A stretch of 62,440 nucleotides of DNA, taken from an uncultured Pelagibacteraceae bacterium. GTDB taxonomy: Bacteria > Pseudomonadota > Alphaproteobacteria > Pelagibacterales > Pelagibacteraceae. Numbering within the stretch: the stretch's first letter is position 1; each line of letters opens with the position of its first letter. Under the pieces are notes generated by a model. It was not told where the DNA came from and did no database searches. It was given only the letters and a program-made list of their open reading frames with translations. The stretch lies in NCBI GenBank assembly GCA_902551445.1, contig CACDDB010000001.1, forward strand, positions 1 to 62,440, read 5' to 3'. This document shows, piece by piece, positions 1 to 10,977 of this stretch. Both the position numbers and the translations under genes were made by a program.

Positions 1-4
1 TCTT

Positions 5-1543
5 ATGGATAAAAATTACTATATTACAACACCAATATATTATCCATCTGCTAAACCTCATATGGGTCATGCATACTCAAGTATACTAGCAGATTTTTTT
101 GCCAGATTTAAAAGAATACAAGGATTTAATGTTTTCTTTTTAACAGGTACAGATGAACATGGTCAAAAAATACAAAGAGCAGCTAAAAAACAAAATAAAG
201 ATCCACAATCATTTTGTGACGAAATTAGTGAAAATTTTAGAAAATTATCTAAAACTCTAAATTTATCTAATAATGACTTTATAAGAACTACTGAGTCTAG
301 ACATTTAGCCTCTGCTTCTAACCTTTGGAAAATACTTGAAGATAATAAAGAGATTTATTTATCTAAATATTCCGGATGGTATTCAGTATCAGACGAAGCT
401 TTTTATGTAGATGAAGAAATTCAAGAGTTAAATGGGAAAAAAATTGCTAAAACTTCAGGATCAGAAGTTGAATGGGTAGAGGAGGAGTCGTATTTTTTTA
501 GACTTTCTAAATGGGAAAAACCATTACTTGATTTTTATAAAAAAAATCCAAAATTTATTTTACCCGAAAGTAGAAAAAATGAAGTTATAAGTTTCGTTAA
601 AAGCGGATTAAAAGATCTTTCTGTTAGTAGAAAATCATTTTCCTGGGGCATTAAAGTTCCATCAAACGCTGATCATGTGATATATGTTTGGCTAGATGCA
701 TTAACAAATTATATTAGCGCGCTCAATTATCCAAATCAAAATGATGTTCTTTATAAAAATTTTTGGCCTGCAGATTTACATCTGATTGGAAAAGACATAC
801 TAAGATTTCACGCTGTTTATTGGCCTGCTTTCTTGTTAGCTGCAAATATTCCACCACCAAAAAGAGTTTATGGACATGGCTGGATATTATCTGGTGATGA
901 AAAAATGTCTAAATCTAAAGGAAATATTTTAGATCCAATTGAAGTTATTGATAAATATGGAATTGACCCACTAAGATATTATTTAATTAAAGAAGTATCA
1001 TTTGGAAACGATGGAAATATATCAAAAGAAAAATTAGAGAGTTGCATAAATAGTGATTTAGCAAATAATTATGGAAATTTATGTCAAAGAGTTGTTTCCT
1101 TTATTGAAAAAAATTCAAATTTTAAAGTACCTAAAAAAGATAAATTTTCTGAAGATGATCTAAATATTTTAAATAAATTTAAACATAACTATGAAAAAAT
1201 AATATCATATATAGATAATCAAGATGTAAATTCTTATGTAAATTTTATAGTTGAAAATTTATTTGCGGCAAATAAATACTTTAATGATCAAGAACCCTGG
1301 AAGAAAAAATCTGATTTAAAAAGATTAAATACAATTAATTATGTTTCATTGGAATTAATAAGAAAATTGTCAATTTTGTTATATCCAATAATTCCAAGTA
1401 GCTCTTTAAAATCATTAAATATATTTGGTATAAAAGAAAATGAAATTGATTTTAATACTTTAGTTGATAATGAAAGCTTAATTCCAAATTCAAAATTATT
1501 AAAAATTGATATTTTATTTAAAAAGGTTGAAAAGAATGATTGA
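5..1543 (+). CDS. metG: Methionyl-tRNA synthetase
   Basis: N-terminal YITTPIYY, HIGH-like HMGH, GTDEHG, KMSKS motif; 512 aa short form. Confidence 0.97.
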   Translation: MDKNYYITTPIYYPSAKPHMGHAYSSILADFFARFKRIQGFNVFFLTGTDEHGQKIQRAAKKQNKDPQSFCDEISENFRKLSKTLNLSNNDFIRTTESRHLASASNLWKILEDNKEIYLSKYSGWYSVSDEAFYVDEEIQELNGKKIAKTSGSEVEWVEEESYFFRLSKWEKPLLDFYKKNPKFILPESRKNEVISFVKSGLKDLSVSRKSFSWGIKVPSNADHVIYVWLDALTNYISALNYPNQNDVLYKNFWPADLHLIGKDILRFHAVYWPAFLLAANIPPPKRVYGHGWILSGDEKMSKSKGNILDPIEVIDKYGIDPLRYYLIKEVSFGNDGNISKEKLESCINSDLANNYGNLCQRVVSFIEKNSNFKVPKKDKFSEDDLNILNKFKHNYEKIISYIDNQDVNSYVNFIVENLFAANKYFNDQEPWKKKSDLKRLNTINYVSLELIRKLSILLYPIIPSSSLKSLNIFGIKENEIDFNTLVDNESLIPNSKLLKIDILFKKVEKND

Positions 1544-2297
1544 TTCACACTGCCATTTAGATCACGAACCTTTAAAAAGTAACCTAGGAGAAGTTATTGA
1601 TAGATCTAAAAAAATAGGAATAGAAAAACTTTTAACTATATGTACAACAGAAATTTCATACAGAAATATTATTGAAATAGTTAAATTTGATCCAATGATT
1701 TTCGGTACTTATGGAATACATCCTCATGAAACCAGTAAATCTAATGTTATTACTAAAGATATTGTAGATAAAGTTAAAGTAAATAAAAAAATCATTGGTG
1801 TAGGGGAGACTGGCTTGGATTTTTATTATAACAATAGTGAAAAAAAAACTCAGATAAATAGTTTTGTAAGCCACATAGACGCAGCTCTAGAATTAAACAT
1901 TCCATTAATCATTCATTCTAGAAATGCCGAAAATGAAACATTCCAAATTTTAAATGAATATAAAGGTAAAAATTTAAAAATTTTAATGCACTGTTTTACC
2001 GGCTCAACAGAATTTGCCAAAAAAATAATGAATTTTAATAGTTTTTTTTCAGCTAGTGGAATTATAACTTTTAAAAACAGTGTAAATTTACAAAATACAT
2101 TTAAAGAGATTCCATTAGACAAATTGTTAATTGAAACAGATAGTCCATTTTTATCACCCGTTCCAATGAGGGGGAAAAAAAATGAACCTAGTTATATTCA
2201 TTTTACTCTAAAAAAACTTTCTGAACTTAAAAATATTGAGGTAAAAGAATTAGATATAATTACATCAAATAACTTTAACAAATTATTTTTTAATTAA
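1536..2297 (+). CDS. tatD: TatD family DNase
   Basis: MIDSHCHL start (ATG 1536 overlapping the metG end), GIHPH, GETGLD, IHSR, HCFTG, ETDSP; metG-tatD-MBL order is typical of alphaproteobacteria. Confidence 0.95.
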   Translation: MIDSHCHLDHEPLKSNLGEVIDRSKKIGIEKLLTICTTEISYRNIIEIVKFDPMIFGTYGIHPHETSKSNVITKDIVDKVKVNKKIIGVGETGLDFYYNNSEKKTQINSFVSHIDAALELNIPLIIHSRNAENETFQILNEYKGKNLKILMHCFTGSTEFAKKIMNFNSFFSASGIITFKNSVNLQNTFKEIPLDKLLIETDSPFLSPVPMRGKKNEPSYIHFTLKKLSELKNIEVKELDIITSNNFNKLFFN

Positions 2298-3070
2298 TGT
2301 CTTTAAAATTTACAATTTTGGGTTGTGGATATTCTTTGGGTGTACCAAGAATTGATGGCTATTTTGGTTCTTGTGATCCAATGAATAAAAAAAATTACAG
2401 AACAAGATGTTCAGCAATAATTACTAGTAAAAAAAGAAGTATATTAATTGACACATCTCCAGATATGAAAACCCAGTTATATAAAAATAAGATTAAAAAT
2501 ATTGACAATGTTTTCTATACACATGAGCATGCCGACCAAACACATGGCATAAATGATTTAAGATTTTTTTATTTAAAAAACAGACGTAGAATCTCTGTAT
2601 TTGCAGATAAAAAAACAAAAAAATACCTTTTATCGACTTTTAAATATTGTTTTAAAAATGTGTCAGAATATCCACCTATTCTAAGAATTAATAATTTAAA
2701 AAAAATACATATTTTTAATGATTTTAATGAAAAAATTCATATTAAAAGTATTCCAGTACAACACGGTAAAATAAAAAGTATTTGTTATATTGTTAATAAT
2801 AAATGTGCATATGCTAGCGATGTTAGTAAAATTTATAAAAAAGATTTAAAATATTTTAAAAATTTAAAGTATTTCATTGTAGATTGTTTAAGATATGAAA
2901 AGCATTATTCTCATTTTAATTTAAATGAAGTATTAAATTTAATTAAAATAATTAAACCAAAAAAAACATTATTAACAAATCTTAATAATGAAATGGATTA
3001 TGCAAAATTAAAGAAAACATTACCATACAATGTAATGCCTGCTTACGATGGTTTAACTTTATCTATATAA
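2297..3070 (+). CDS. MBL-fold metallo-hydrolase (PhnP-like)
   Basis: LGCGxSxGVP, IDTSPD, THEHADQTHG metal-binding motif. Confidence 0.9.
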   Translation: MSLKFTILGCGYSLGVPRIDGYFGSCDPMNKKNYRTRCSAIITSKKRSILIDTSPDMKTQLYKNKIKNIDNVFYTHEHADQTHGINDLRFFYLKNRRRISVFADKKTKKYLLSTFKYCFKNVSEYPPILRINNLKKIHIFNDFNEKIHIKSIPVQHGKIKSICYIVNNKCAYASDVSKIYKKDLKYFKNLKYFIVDCLRYEKHYSHFNLNEVLNLIKIIKPKKTLLTNLNNEMDYAKLKKTLPYNVMPAYDGLTLSI

Positions 3071-3622
3071 AGCATCTTCTATTTTTTTTTTAATTTTTGA
3101 AGAATTTGGATTAGTAAAAGAAGCGAAAGTATCTTCTATTTTTCCATCTTTATTTATTAGTATTTTATGAAAATTCCATTTGGGTATAGATTTTTTTCCA
3201 TAATTTTTTTTAGCCCATTTATATATTTCGTGAGCATCTTCACCTTTAACATCGTATATTGAGGTTAGAGGGAATGTAATATTAAAATTTACCTCACAAA
3301 AATTTTTTACTTCATTTTCATTTTCCTTTTCTTGTCCAAAAGATTTTGATGGAACTCCCATGACGACTAAACCTTTTTCTTTATAGTTATCCCATAAATT
3401 TTGCAGATCTCCGTACTGTTTAGTAAAACCGCAATAGCTTGCAACATTAACTAATAAAACAACTTTATTTTTATACTTGCTTAAATCAATTATATCACCA
3501 TCTATAGACTTAATTGTGTGATCAAAAAAAACTTTATCATAATTTGCACTACTTAAATTCGTAAATATGGACATAATTAATAATGTTAAAATTGTTAATT
3601 TAGAATAAAATTTACTTTTCAT
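3059..3622 (-). CDS. Glutathione peroxidase family protein with N-terminal signal peptide
   Basis: VNVASYCGFT, FGQE and WNFHK motifs. Confidence 0.93.
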   Translation of the reverse strand: MKSKFYSKLTILTLLIMSIFTNLSSANYDKVFFDHTIKSIDGDIIDLSKYKNKVVLLVNVASYCGFTKQYGDLQNLWDNYKEKGLVVMGVPSKSFGQEKENENEVKNFCEVNFNITFPLTSIYDVKGEDAHEIYKWAKKNYGKKSIPKWNFHKILINKDGKIEDTFASFTNPNSSKIKKKIEDALYR

Positions 3623-4800
3623 TATTTAGATTTATTTGGATAAAGTAATAACAAAAAATATCCAAATATCGTGGACAATAATGACCCACTTAAAACACCT
3701 ATTTTTACTCCATCTATGTATTGATTGCTTTCAGCAAATGCTAAGTTTCCAACAAATAAACTCATAGTAAATCCTATGCCTGTTAGAACTCCAACTCCAT
3801 AAAAGGCCACCCAATTAGCATTATTTGGCATTTGTGCGAAACCTGCTTTTATAGAAATGTATGAAAATATAAAAACTCCAAATTGTTTACCAATAAACAA
3901 TCCAAGTAATATGCCTAGAGGTACTGGTGCTAATAGTGATGTAAATGTTAATCCATTGAGTGAGACTCCTGCATTAGCGAAAGCAAACAATGGCATTATT
4001 CCAAAAGCTACATAAGGACTTATTGAATGCTCAATTTTAGTAAGTAGCGAAAAATCATGATCTTTTTTTCTATGAGGTATAGAGCAGGCCAACAATACTC
4101 CAGCTATTGTAGCATGGATACCTGACTCATAAGTAAAAAACCATAAAAAGATACCAACTATTAAATATGGTAAAAATTTTTTCACACCAAATCTATTTAA
4201 AATTACCAAGACTACAAATGTACCGATTATTAAAGCTAAGTAATAAATATTTAAATCACCAGTATAAAAAAACGCTATTATTATAATGGCTCCAAGATCG
4301 TCAATAATAGCCAAGGCTGTTAAAAAAACTTTTAAGGATATAGGCACTCTAGAACCTAGTAGGGACAGAATACCAATTGAAAACGCTATATCTGTAGCCG
4401 ATGGTATTGCCCATCCATTTAATGTTTCAGGTGTTTCATAGTTAATATATATGTAAATAAGAGCTGGTACCAACATACCACCTACAGCTCCAACAATAGG
4501 AAGTATTGCTTGCTTTATTGTGGATAGTTCGCCTTGAATAAATTCTCTTTTAATTTCTAAAGTAACAAAGAAAAAAAAAATAGCCATTAAAGCATCATTA
4601 ATCCAATGTAGAACACTTAATTTTAAACCAAAATTATTTATTCCTATAAAAAGATATTCATTAAGCGAGTCAAAGTAGATATTTGAATAAGTTGAATTAC
4701 TTATGATTAAAGCAATAATAGCACTGATTAATAAAATAAGCCCACTAGCAGCTTCTAATTTAAAAAACCACTTAAATGGTGATGAAAGATATTTTAACAT
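3622..4800 (-). CDS. nhaA: Na+/H+ antiporter NhaA
   Basis: WINDALM, GWAIPSATDIAF, LAIIDD, GIGFTMSLF. Confidence 0.97.
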   Translation of the reverse strand: MLKYLSSPFKWFFKLEAASGLILLISAIIALIISNSTYSNIYFDSLNEYLFIGINNFGLKLSVLHWINDALMAIFFFFVTLEIKREFIQGELSTIKQAILPIVGAVGGMLVPALIYIYINYETPETLNGWAIPSATDIAFSIGILSLLGSRVPISLKVFLTALAIIDDLGAIIIIAFFYTGDLNIYYLALIIGTFVVLVILNRFGVKKFLPYLIVGIFLWFFTYESGIHATIAGVLLACSIPHRKKDHDFSLLTKIEHSISPYVAFGIMPLFAFANAGVSLNGLTFTSLLAPVPLGILLGLFIGKQFGVFIFSYISIKAGFAQMPNNANWVAFYGVGVLTGIGFTMSLFVGNLAFAESNQYIDGVKIGVLSGSLLSTIFGYFLLLLYPNKSK

Positions 4801-4802
4801 TT

Positions 4803-5234
4803 CTACCTAATTAAATCTTTGAAAAATAAAATTATATCTATTATTGTTTGGTATAGATTATCTAAAATTATATTAATAGACGGAAAAAAATTTGAAATCT
4901 GCAATTTAAATGTATCAAGTAAAATTACTATAGCTACTAAAGAAATAATAATTACTAAAAATAAATTCATATAATTAATTTTATTATTTTTATCTATTTG
5001 AATTTTTTTTTTTTCAATTATTGTATTTTCTTCATTTTCTAAGTTTTGATTTTTAGATATTTTTTTGTCAGGAACTATATCTATCGATTTTTCAGGGCTA
5101 AAAGTTTTTATTTCCTTTTTTTTAAAAAACCATTTATTGCTACAACTACCGCATTGAAGTAATCGCCCTTTAGACGGTATCATTTTGTCATTTACGTTGA
5201 ATGACTTGTTGCAATTTGGACATTTTATTTCCAT
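4803..5234 (-). CDS. Zinc-ribbon (MJ0042-like) membrane-anchored protein
   Basis: CPNC...QCGSC N-terminal finger, charged linker, C-terminal hydrophobic segment. Confidence 0.85.
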   Translation of the reverse strand: MEIKCPNCNKSFNVNDKMIPSKGRLLQCGSCSNKWFFKKKEIKTFSPEKSIDIVPDKKISKNQNLENEENTIIEKKKIQIDKNNKINYMNLFLVIIISLVAIVILLDTFKLQISNFFPSINIILDNLYQTIIDIILFFKDLIR

Positions 5235-5328
5235 ATGGTCTTATATAGCAGATTCTTAACAAATTACTTTCATTTTGAACCTCTTTATACATTGAAAATA
5301 TTAGCAACTACTGTATTAGTAACCCAAT

Positions 5329-5405
<77 letters not shown>

Positions 5406-5413
5406 TTAAATAT

Positions 5414-5695
5414 ATGAAAAAAGCTAAAATATACAAACCATCAAAATCTGCAATGCAGTCTGGAAATAAAAATTCAAATAGATGGCTTTTAGAATTTTTA
5501 ACTAATGATACAGGTGTTAATCCTTTAATGGGCTGGGAAAGTTCAACAGATACTTTAAGTGAAATAAGACTAGAATTTCCTGATAAAAGCTTAGCAATTG
5601 AATATGCAAAAAAAAATAAAATTAATTACGAAATTATAGAACCTAAAGAAAGAAAAATAGTAAAAAAATCTTATTCGGATAATTTTACTAAATAA
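5414..5695 (+). CDS. ETC complex I subunit (NDUFS4-like)
   Basis: AKIYKPSKSAMQSG, NPLMGW, C-terminal KSYSDNF. Confidence 0.9.
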   Translation: MKKAKIYKPSKSAMQSGNKNSNRWLLEFLTNDTGVNPLMGWESSTDTLSEIRLEFPDKSLAIEYAKKNKINYEIIEPKERKIVKKSYSDNFTK

Positions 5696-5703
5696 CAAAT
5701 TTA

Positions 5704-6699
5704 ATGTTTAAATTTTTTACTCAAAAGCAGTGGTTTCTTTGGAGTATATTTGGATCCATATTTATTTTAATATCTACTTGGTATCAAGTACAGTTAGACG
5801 TTAAAATTAACGAGTGGTTTGGAGATTTTTATGATACTTTACAAAAAGCATTAACAACTCCAAACTCCGTTACTGAAGCCGAATTCATTGGTTATCTTTT
5901 TACATTCGCTAAAATAGCTGCTCTTTGGATTTTAATTGCTGTTTTTACAGGATTTTTTACTAGTCATTGGGTGTTTAGATGGAGAACTTCGATGGCTAAT
6001 TATTATCATGAACAATGGTTAAAAGCTCGATTAACTGAAGGTGCCTCTCAAAGAGTTCAGGAAGATACTTTAAAATTTGCAAGGATAATGGAAGGTTTGG
6101 GTACTGGACTGCTTGATAGCATTATGACATTGGTAGCTTTTACTCCCATTCTTTGGGGATTGTCAAAACAAATAGACGTATTACCTTGGATAGGCCAAGT
6201 TGAACATGCTTTGGTATGGGTAGCTATTATTTCTGCATTAGGTGGAACTGTAATTTTAGCAGCAGTAGGCATTAAATTGCCTGGTATTGAGTATGACATT
6301 CAAAAAGAAGAAGCTGGATATAGAAAAGAACTTGTTCATGGTGAAGATGATCCTATACGCGCAGCACCTCCAACCATAGGACAGTTATATAATCGGGTTA
6401 GAGGAATACATTACAAATCTTATTTTCACTATTTATACTTTAACACCGTTAAATGGAGTTATTTTCAAGGAATGGTTATAGTTCCGTACTTAGCATTAGC
6501 ACCAACAATAGTTACTGGTGCTATTACACTGGGTTTTGTACAGCAAATTACAAGAGCATTTGGTAGAGTTGAAGGATCTTTACAATATTTAGTTAAAAGC
6601 TGGTCTACTATTGTTGAATTAATATCTGTATGGAAAAGATTAAGAGAATTTGAAGCAAAATTAAACTCAATAAAAAATGATACTACAGTAAAAATTTAA
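5704..6699 (+). CDS. sbmA: SbmA/BacA-family peptide transporter
   Basis: FRWRTSM, EGASQRVQEDT, EAGYRKELV, W.TIVEL.S..KRL motifs. Confidence 0.9.
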   Translation: MFKFFTQKQWFLWSIFGSIFILISTWYQVQLDVKINEWFGDFYDTLQKALTTPNSVTEAEFIGYLFTFAKIAALWILIAVFTGFFTSHWVFRWRTSMANYYHEQWLKARLTEGASQRVQEDTLKFARIMEGLGTGLLDSIMTLVAFTPILWGLSKQIDVLPWIGQVEHALVWVAIISALGGTVILAAVGIKLPGIEYDIQKEEAGYRKELVHGEDDPIRAAPPTIGQLYNRVRGIHYKSYFHYLYFNTVKWSYFQGMVIVPYLALAPTIVTGAITLGFVQQITRAFGRVEGSLQYLVKSWSTIVELISVWKRLREFEAKLNSIKNDTTVKI

Positions 6700-6701
6700 T
6701 A

Positions 6702-7646
6702 GTGAATTTAAATAAAAAATTGATTGATAAATTAGTTGAAATTACATCTTATGCAGCTGTAGCATGCCATAAACACATAGGAAAAAACGATAAAGTAATT
6801 GCTGACAAAGCAGCAACAGATTCTATGAGAAAAAATTTAAATAAACTAGATATAAACGGCACTGTAGTTATTGGTGAAGGTGAATTGGACAAAGCGCCAA
6901 TGCTTTATATTGGGGAAAAACTTGGTACGGGAAATGGTCCTGAAATTGATATTGCTGTTGATCCATTAGAGGGTACAAACTTTGCAGCAAAAAATTTACC
7001 AGGCGCTTTATCAGTTATGTCCATAGCTTTAAAAGGAAATTTATTTAATGCTCCTGAAACATATATGGATAAAATTGCTGTCGGCAATGATGTTCCCAAT
7101 GATGCTACAGATTTAGATTTTTCAATAGAAAAAAATATTAAAAATATTGCTGATGCAAAAAATAAAGACATTACTAAATTAACTGCTTGTTTATTAGATA
7201 GACCAAGACATAAAAAAATAATTGAGAAACTAAAAGAATTAAAAGTTAATTTGAAATTAATATCTGATGGTGACGTTTCTGGTGCACTTTTAGTAACTGA
7301 CAAAAAACATAATATAGATATATTTCTTGGTATTGGAGGTGGTCCAGAAGGTGTATTGGCTGCATGTGCCTTGGATGCTTATAATTGCAAGTTTCAAGGA
7401 AGATTCTTGTTTGAAAAAGCTGAGGATAAAAAAAGAGCATTACAAATGGGTATTGAAGATTTAAATAAAAAATATAATTTAAATGATATTGTAAAAGGAG
7501 AGTCGATTTTTTGCGCTACAGGAATTACCTCTGGAGATTTAGTTAGTGGAGTAAAAAAAATAAACGATAAATATATCACTGAAACATTTGTTACAAAAAA
7601 AAATTCTGTTGTTAATGTTGTAAAAAAAGAGGTACCTATCACTTGA
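6702..7646 (+). CDS. glpX: Fructose-1,6-bisphosphatase class II
   Basis: VIGEGE.D.APML, DIAVDPLEGT, DGDV, GIGGGPEGV, ATGIT; GTG start. Confidence 0.95.
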   Translation: MNLNKKLIDKLVEITSYAAVACHKHIGKNDKVIADKAATDSMRKNLNKLDINGTVVIGEGELDKAPMLYIGEKLGTGNGPEIDIAVDPLEGTNFAAKNLPGALSVMSIALKGNLFNAPETYMDKIAVGNDVPNDATDLDFSIEKNIKNIADAKNKDITKLTACLLDRPRHKKIIEKLKELKVNLKLISDGDVSGALLVTDKKHNIDIFLGIGGGPEGVLAACALDAYNCKFQGRFLFEKAEDKKRALQMGIEDLNKKYNLNDIVKGESIFCATGITSGDLVSGVKKINDKYITETFVTKKNSVVNVVKKEVPIT

Positions 7647-7681
7647 TTAATATTAATATTTGCAATAAAAGACCTTGCTTT

Positions 7682-7756
7682 GGTCCCTTCGTCTATCGGT
7701 TAGGACACATGGTTTTCATCCATGAAAGAGGGGTTCGATTCCCCTAGGGACCGCCA
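7682..7756 (+). tRNA. tRNA-Glu(TTC)
   Basis: GGTCCCT acceptor stem, anticodon arm CATGG-TT-TTC-AT-CCATG, GGTTCGATTCC T-arm, encoded CCA. Confidence 0.97.
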
Positions 7757-7758
7757 AT

Positions 7759-8025
7759 ATGACTTTTTTTGTGTATATGATCGGAACAAAAGTCAAAAAA
7801 AAAACAATATCTTATGTTGGATATACAAATAATTTAAAAAATAGAATAAATTTACATAATACTTCTAAAGGTGCAAAATTTACCAGAGGAAAAAAATGGA
7901 AATTAATTTATTACAAAAAATATAAAAATAAAAATGAAGCAATGAAAAACGAATATAAACTTAAAAAAAATTATATATTAAGAAATAAAATTAAAAATGA
8001 AAATTTCAATCTTACTACCATTTAA
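7759..8025 (+). CDS. Small stand-alone GIY-YIG nuclease
   Basis: FVYM...YVGYTNNL..R...HN..KGAKFT, EA...E..LK. Confidence 0.9.
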   Translation: MTFFVYMIGTKVKKKTISYVGYTNNLKNRINLHNTSKGAKFTRGKKWKLIYYKKYKNKNEAMKNEYKLKKNYILRNKIKNENFNLTTI

Positions 8026-10129
8026 AGAAAATTTTTCTCCTAATTACGCTGGAGCAGTGTCATTATTTGTTAAAGATACGTCTAAAATAAGCAAATTTAA
8101 AAAAAACATAACTATATTTGGAAATACTGAATATAAAAAAAAATTTAATTTAAGGTATAAAAATATTAAAATTAAAAAAAAAATTTTCCAAGGTCAAAAC
8201 AAAGCTTATGTAAATGAATTTATTAAATATGAAATTAAAAATAATTCTAATTTAATAGAATTACACAACAGACCTTTTTATCTAAAATTATTAAAAAATA
8301 AGCTTAATAACAAAATTTACACATTTTACTTTCATAATGACCCATTAACAATGACTGGATCTAAATCTATTAAAGATCGAACTTATTTAATAAATAATTG
8401 TCAAAAAGTAATTTTTAATAGCAACTGGTCTAAGAAAAGATTTCTTCAAGGAATGCATTTTGATTACGTTAATAGTGAAAAGCTAATTGTTATTAATCAA
8501 TCTGCAAAAAAAAATAAATTTAAAATTAAAGATAAAAAAAATATTATAACATTCGTTGGGAAACTTAATAAAGCAAAAGGATATGATATTTTTGGAAATG
8601 CAGTAACAAAAATTCTTAAAAAAAATAAAAGCTGGAAATCTATAGTTATAGGTGACGAACCTAGAGATCAGTTAGAATTTAAGCACGAAAGGTTAATTAA
8701 TTTAGGTTTTGTAAATCATGAAAAAGTTTTGAAAATTTATAAAAAAACAAGTATTGCGATTGTTTGTTCAAGATGGGATGAACCATTTGGTAGAACAAGT
8801 CTTGAAGCGTCTGCAAATGGATGTGCGGTTATAATTAGTAATAAGGGTGGATTACCTGAAACGATCACAAATGCTATAATTTTAAAAAAATTAAATTCAG
8901 CAAATCTTTATAATGAAATTGATGCTCTAATTAAAAATCATAAATTCCGTTCAGAACTTCAAAAAAAATCATATGAGAATTTTTATTTAACACATAGCCA
9001 TGTAACAAGATTATTAGATAAACTAAGAGGTGAAATATTATTTTCAAAAAATATTTATCTTAAAAAACCTCTTAAACCTATAAGGATTATTCATGTTACT
9101 AATTTTAACGAAAGACACAATGGTAGACTTTTTTTTAATACTGGTAGAAGATTAAACAATGGATTTATTAGATCTGGACACACAGTACTTGAATTTAGTG
9201 ATAGGGACATACAAAAGCATTACAAATCCTACAATGATTTAACTGGTGGAAAATCTCTAAATGAAAAATTATATAAAACTTGCCATAATTTTAAGCCTGA
9301 TATGATTGTATTAGGTCATGCTGATTTAATCGAAACAAATACATTGGGCAATCTAAAAGATGAATATCCTCACTTAAAAATTTCTCAATGGTTTTTGGAT
9401 CCCCTTAACAAATATGGTCCTGATTATATTAAAAATAAAAATAGAATTTTAGATAAAAGTCAATTTATTGATTCTAACTTTATAACAACAAGTCCTGATG
9501 TGCTTAACTTTCTATCAAAAAAAACAAAAAATTTTTTCATACCTAATCCAACTGATCAATCTTTTGAAACTCTAGAAAACTACAAAAAAGAATGTAGTGT
9601 AGATGTTTTTTTTGCTTTAAGTCATGGTGTGCATAGAGGAAAACTAAAATCTAGAAATTCTGATGATAGAGAGCTATTTATTAATAAATTATTAGTTAAT
9701 TCTCAAAGCGTTAAATTCGACTTATATGGTGTAAATCAAATACAACCTATATGGGCTGATCAATTTTTTAAGGTAATTTCTAACGCAAAAATGGGTTTAA
9801 ATCTTAGTAGGGGCGATCCAATAAAATACTATAGTAGTGATAGAATTGCACAGATAGTTGGTAATGGTTTAGTTACTCTTATTGATGAAAAAACTTGTTA
9901 TAATGACTTTTTTAATAATAACGAAATGGTTTTCTATAAAAATATTTCAGATTTATCTGAAAAAATTATGAAAATAAGCAGAGATGAAAAGCTAAGGAAA
10001 TTAATAGCTAAAAAGGGGAGAGATAAATACCACAAATATTTCAATTCTAACCTAGTATCAGAGTTCATAGTTAACAAAACACTTGAAATTAATCATAATA
10101 AAAATAAATATTTATGGCATAGACCATAA
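7997..10129 (+). CDS. Two-domain glycosyltransferase (GT4-like plus second GT-B/CgeB-like domain)
   Basis: AGAV, FVGKL..AKG and EPFGRTSLEA in the N half; LNLSR, YSSDR and IA..G in the C half; 710 aa. Confidence 0.85.
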   Translation: MKISILLPFKENFSPNYAGAVSLFVKDTSKISKFKKNITIFGNTEYKKKFNLRYKNIKIKKKIFQGQNKAYVNEFIKYEIKNNSNLIELHNRPFYLKLLKNKLNNKIYTFYFHNDPLTMTGSKSIKDRTYLINNCQKVIFNSNWSKKRFLQGMHFDYVNSEKLIVINQSAKKNKFKIKDKKNIITFVGKLNKAKGYDIFGNAVTKILKKNKSWKSIVIGDEPRDQLEFKHERLINLGFVNHEKVLKIYKKTSIAIVCSRWDEPFGRTSLEASANGCAVIISNKGGLPETITNAIILKKLNSANLYNEIDALIKNHKFRSELQKKSYENFYLTHSHVTRLLDKLRGEILFSKNIYLKKPLKPIRIIHVTNFNERHNGRLFFNTGRRLNNGFIRSGHTVLEFSDRDIQKHYKSYNDLTGGKSLNEKLYKTCHNFKPDMIVLGHADLIETNTLGNLKDEYPHLKISQWFLDPLNKYGPDYIKNKNRILDKSQFIDSNFITTSPDVLNFLSKKTKNFFIPNPTDQSFETLENYKKECSVDVFFALSHGVHRGKLKSRNSDDRELFINKLLVNSQSVKFDLYGVNQIQPIWADQFFKVISNAKMGLNLSRGDPIKYYSSDRIAQIVGNGLVTLIDEKTCYNDFFNNNEMVFYKNISDLSEKIMKISRDEKLRKLIAKKGRDKYHKYFNSNLVSEFIVNKTLEINHNKNKYLWHRP

Positions 10130-10977
10130 TGTTTTCAATAGTAATACCAACTTTTAATAATTGCAAATATTTAAAACTTTGCTTGGAAAGTATTAATAAA
10201 AATTCTTCATACAAACATGAAATTATAATACATTCAAATGATGGATCAGATGGAACAAATGATTTTTTAAAAAAGAATAAAATTAAATTTTCGTATTCGG
10301 AAAGCAATCTAGGATTATGTACTTCTATAAATGAAGCTGTAAAATTAAGTACTACTAACTATATATTGTATAGTCACGATGATATGTATTTTTGCCCAAA
10401 TTGGGATAATGTATTATTAAATGAAATAAAAAAATTAAAACACGAAAAATTTTATTTAGGAGGCACTATGATTCAGCCATCAGGTGCACACGTGTCGTTA
10501 GATTGTGGAAATTCGATAGAAACATTTAATGAAAATAAATTATTAAAAAATTATCAAAATTATAATTTTTTTAATCATCAAGGAACTCATTTTGCACCTC
10601 ATCTAGTTACAAAAAATATGTGGAATAAAGTTGGTGGTTTTAGTGAAGAATTTAATCCTGGTATAGCTTCTGACCCTGACTTTAATATGAAACTTTGGAA
10701 AGAAGGAGTTAGAATATTTAAAGGTTTAAATGATTTTAAAGTTTACCATTTTGGATCTCAAACAACTAGAAAAAATTTGGGTATTAAAAAAAATAGGGGT
10801 GACCTAACATTCATTAAAAAATGGGGAATTAGTGTTAAATTTTTTAAAAAATATTATTTAAAAACTAACTCAAAATATGAATCAGAATTAACTGAACCAA
10901 TAAGAAATATATATTACTATAAAGACCTAATAATAAATAAAATTTATTATTTAATAATTAAAATTTTAAATAAATGA
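10129..10977 (+). CDS. Glycosyltransferase family 2
   Basis: SIVIPTFNN, NDGSDGT, HDDM (DxD-like), VGGFSEEF. Confidence 0.9.
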   Translation: MFSIVIPTFNNCKYLKLCLESINKNSSYKHEIIIHSNDGSDGTNDFLKKNKIKFSYSESNLGLCTSINEAVKLSTTNYILYSHDDMYFCPNWDNVLLNEIKKLKHEKFYLGGTMIQPSGAHVSLDCGNSIETFNENKLLKNYQNYNFFNHQGTHFAPHLVTKNMWNKVGGFSEEFNPGIASDPDFNMKLWKEGVRIFKGLNDFKVYHFGSQTTRKNLGIKKNRGDLTFIKKWGISVKFFKKYYLKTNSKYESELTEPIRNIYYYKDLIINKIYYLIIKILNK